In this document: piece by piece, positions 61,887-64,000 of the stretch
Position numbering within the stretch: the stretch's first letter is position 1
Layout: every line of letters starts with the position of its first letter
Source of the DNA: Bilabrum cf. latius
Taxonomy: Eukaryota
Length of the DNA stretch: 64,000 bases
Assembly: GCA_965178125.1 (NCBI GenBank)
Contig: OZ237754.1
Span: forward strand, 682,001 to 746,000
Direction of reading: 5' to 3'
Position numbers and translations under genes: made by a program
The notes under the pieces: generated by a model
Seen by the model: the letters and a program-made list of their open reading frames with translations, nothing else
Database searches by the model: none
What the model was told of the DNA's origin: nothing

Positions 61887-64000
61887 TCACCCAGGCGCTA
61901 TGAGTGACGACCGCCGCCTCTGCCTACGACCACTGGCAGCCGCCGCCCCTGCTGGCCTCGCGCCTCCCCCAGCAGCGCCTTGCAGGTCCGCCCCCTGCCT
62001 CGCCAGGGCAGCGTTCTGCAGGATCGCCTTCTCCACACGGGCCTCCCACGCAGCAGGCAGCCTGTGCTCCTCCACGAAGGCCCGCGCCAGCCGCCCCGCA
62101 TCGTCCCCTGCCTCCACGCTCAGGGTCGCGGTCTTGCCGCGCGCATACTCTAGCTCGAGATCGAAGGCGACCCCGGCACCCAGCTGGCCGGTCCGGGTGG
62201 TGCGGCCACCGTCGGTACGTCCTGCTGCCGCTCCACTCGTCACACCATCGTCGGCGGGATCCTGTACGAGGTGCTTGCGTGCCGCCTGCGCGACCTTGCC
62301 TGCAAGGGCTTGCTCCATGGCCCGCAGCTGGGCCTCGGACATGGCTGATGCTCCGCGGCTCGCCGCCCCTTTGGCCAGTTTGTGTTCCCTGACGAACGCC
62401 AGGCAGACCTCGTCCACGTCCTGCCCCTCTTTGACCACGAGTCTCTCCGTGCGACCCCTCGACACCTCCAGGTCGAGCTTGAGCACGGTGCGGGGAGGGG
62501 CTGGGGCCGGGGCACCTCCCGAAGTGGGCGAGTCTTGCAGCAACCTGGGGCCCTCTTCACCCACAATGGACCCTCGACGACCGCGGGGCCGCGGCTGCTG
62601 CTCATCGCCCGCGCCGCTGCTGCCATCACCAGCACCGGACCGTGCCTGCCTCTCGTTGAGGGCAGAGGCCGCCACGCTCTGTCTCGCCAGCTGCATGGCA
62701 ACCACTACCTCAGAGGCCTGCGCGGGGTCCAGCCCGTGCCTCACGCAGAAATCTCGCGCCAGCATCAGGTCTCTTGCGTCGTCGTCTCCCCTCATCACCT
62801 CCACAGGGGCTCGCTTGCCCTCTGCGTACTCAAGCTCAAGCTTCACCAGCAGCTCGTCCGAAGCACTCGAAGCATCGTCATCGTCATCGTCATCGTGCCC
62901 ATCGGCATCGCCCCCCTCACCCACCTTCCCTGAGGCTCTCCCCACCAGAGCACCGACCCCATCGCCGGCCCCCGCCCCATCCTCGCCCTCGTCACCCACA
63001 ATCTCTCTCACCAGCGCCTCCCCGCCAGCCCGCGTGAGGCTAGCGCGGTACCTCCTGGACCGCATCCCCGCCCCCCGAATTGCCCTTAAGGTGCCATCCA
63101 CCCCGGCTTGCTGCTCACGGGCCTCTGCACGGTCGGCGTCAGTGGCTGGCCGGATCCCTCGCACGCTGACCGGGCTACGCGGGGGCCCGGGGCTGCCTCC
63201 AGCTGCCTGGCCCGCGGCGCCACCCTTCCTTTGTTCCCTGGCTCCAAGGTCCACTGCGGTAGACCGCGCACTCCAGGCGTTGCGGGCCGCTTTGTCCACC
63301 GCCCTCGCCACTCTGGCCACGTCGATCGCTGGCAGCCCATGACGCCTGGCAAACGAGGCAGCCAGCCTGACAGCCCACGCGCTCGAGGACCGGCCCGGCT
63401 CGGCATACCCCCTGCCCGCGTCGATCTTCCTCATCTCCGGCTCTGCAACCGCGAGCGGCACGCTGAGCGTGGCGGTGGACCCGCCCGGGAGCTTGAGTTC
63501 GATGGCGCACAGGCTAGGCCCCCCTGTACGCAGGCCGGCGTCGATCTCCGCCGCCGTGACCTCCACGGCTGCATCGGCGGCAGACACTGACCCGGCGGCC
63601 CGCCTCTGTGCCGGTTGCGGGGCCTGCGTCTGCTGCGGGTCTTGGTCCCTGACCGCTTGTTCCATGGCTTTCGCTGCGTCTGCTGCTGTGCCTGTGACGA
63701 TCGAGGTCCGCACCCTCCTGGCCCTGCCTCTTGATTTCTTGTTCTACTTGTTCTTCTTCTCCACCCCGCCCCTGGCCTCCCCGCTGCTGCTGCTTTCTTC
63801 TCCAGTTCCCTGGCCCGGCCCGTCGGCCCCACCGAACATGTCGTGCGCCTGCTGCACGAGCACCTGCACTTTAGGCGCCAGCTCATCGGACAGCCCCATG
63901 GATCGCACAAAGTCAAGCGCGGCCTCTTCGGGTGTCACGTCCGACTCGACCCGCAGCATCTCGATCCTGCCCTACTCCACCTCGATCTCGAGCACGGCCA
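61887..64000 (-). CDS. Hypothetical protein with >=5 copies of a ~45-aa module (LxLE-x3-G-x3-LxVxxGDDxxxLAxxFxxxHGL), 5'-truncated, 2 in-frame TAG
   Basis: Frame open from the window end to TGA 61887-61889 apart from TAG at 63972 and 63744. Module copies near 63890-64000, 63340-63510, 62730-62850, 62380-62490 and 62060-62170. Confidence 0.75.

Overview
Gene-dense, GC-rich nuclear DNA of a unicellular eukaryote, probably a heterotrophic stramenopile (inferred from a presequence-bearing enolase and Ala/Gly-rich insertions). It has GT-AG introns clustered near gene 5' ends and many head-to-head gene pairs. The key observation is a variant nuclear genetic code: TAG is a sense codon read as glutamine, while TAA and TGA remain stops. 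About 100 in-frame TAGs (manual count) interrupt otherwise intact conserved genes. Several fall on near-invariant Gln residues (enolase, NAA15, G-alpha, an IQ motif, MOGS, aminotransferase). No gene I could delimit ends in TAG and none has an internal TAA. The supplied standard-code ORF track is therefore fragmented. Under TAG=Gln about 24 genes assemble: PhyH-like dioxygenase, NEDD8/RUB, MnmE/GTPBP3, NAA15, a 2841-aa Pro/Ala-repeat plus IQ protein, a PA-domain protein, GH27 alpha-galactosidase, two large orphan genes, MOGS, enolase, G-alpha, DHX8/PRP22, Tctex-1, bacterial-type GlmS, eIF1-like, a SelK/S-like selenoprotein candidate (TAG=Gln, TGA=Sec, TAA=stop in one ORF, with SECIS-like hairpins), PDZ-TBC, class-III aminotransferase, RDH-like SDR and an ankyrin protein. 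I recognised no tRNA, rRNA, CRISPR array or mobile element. All calls are by eye; no database searches were run.
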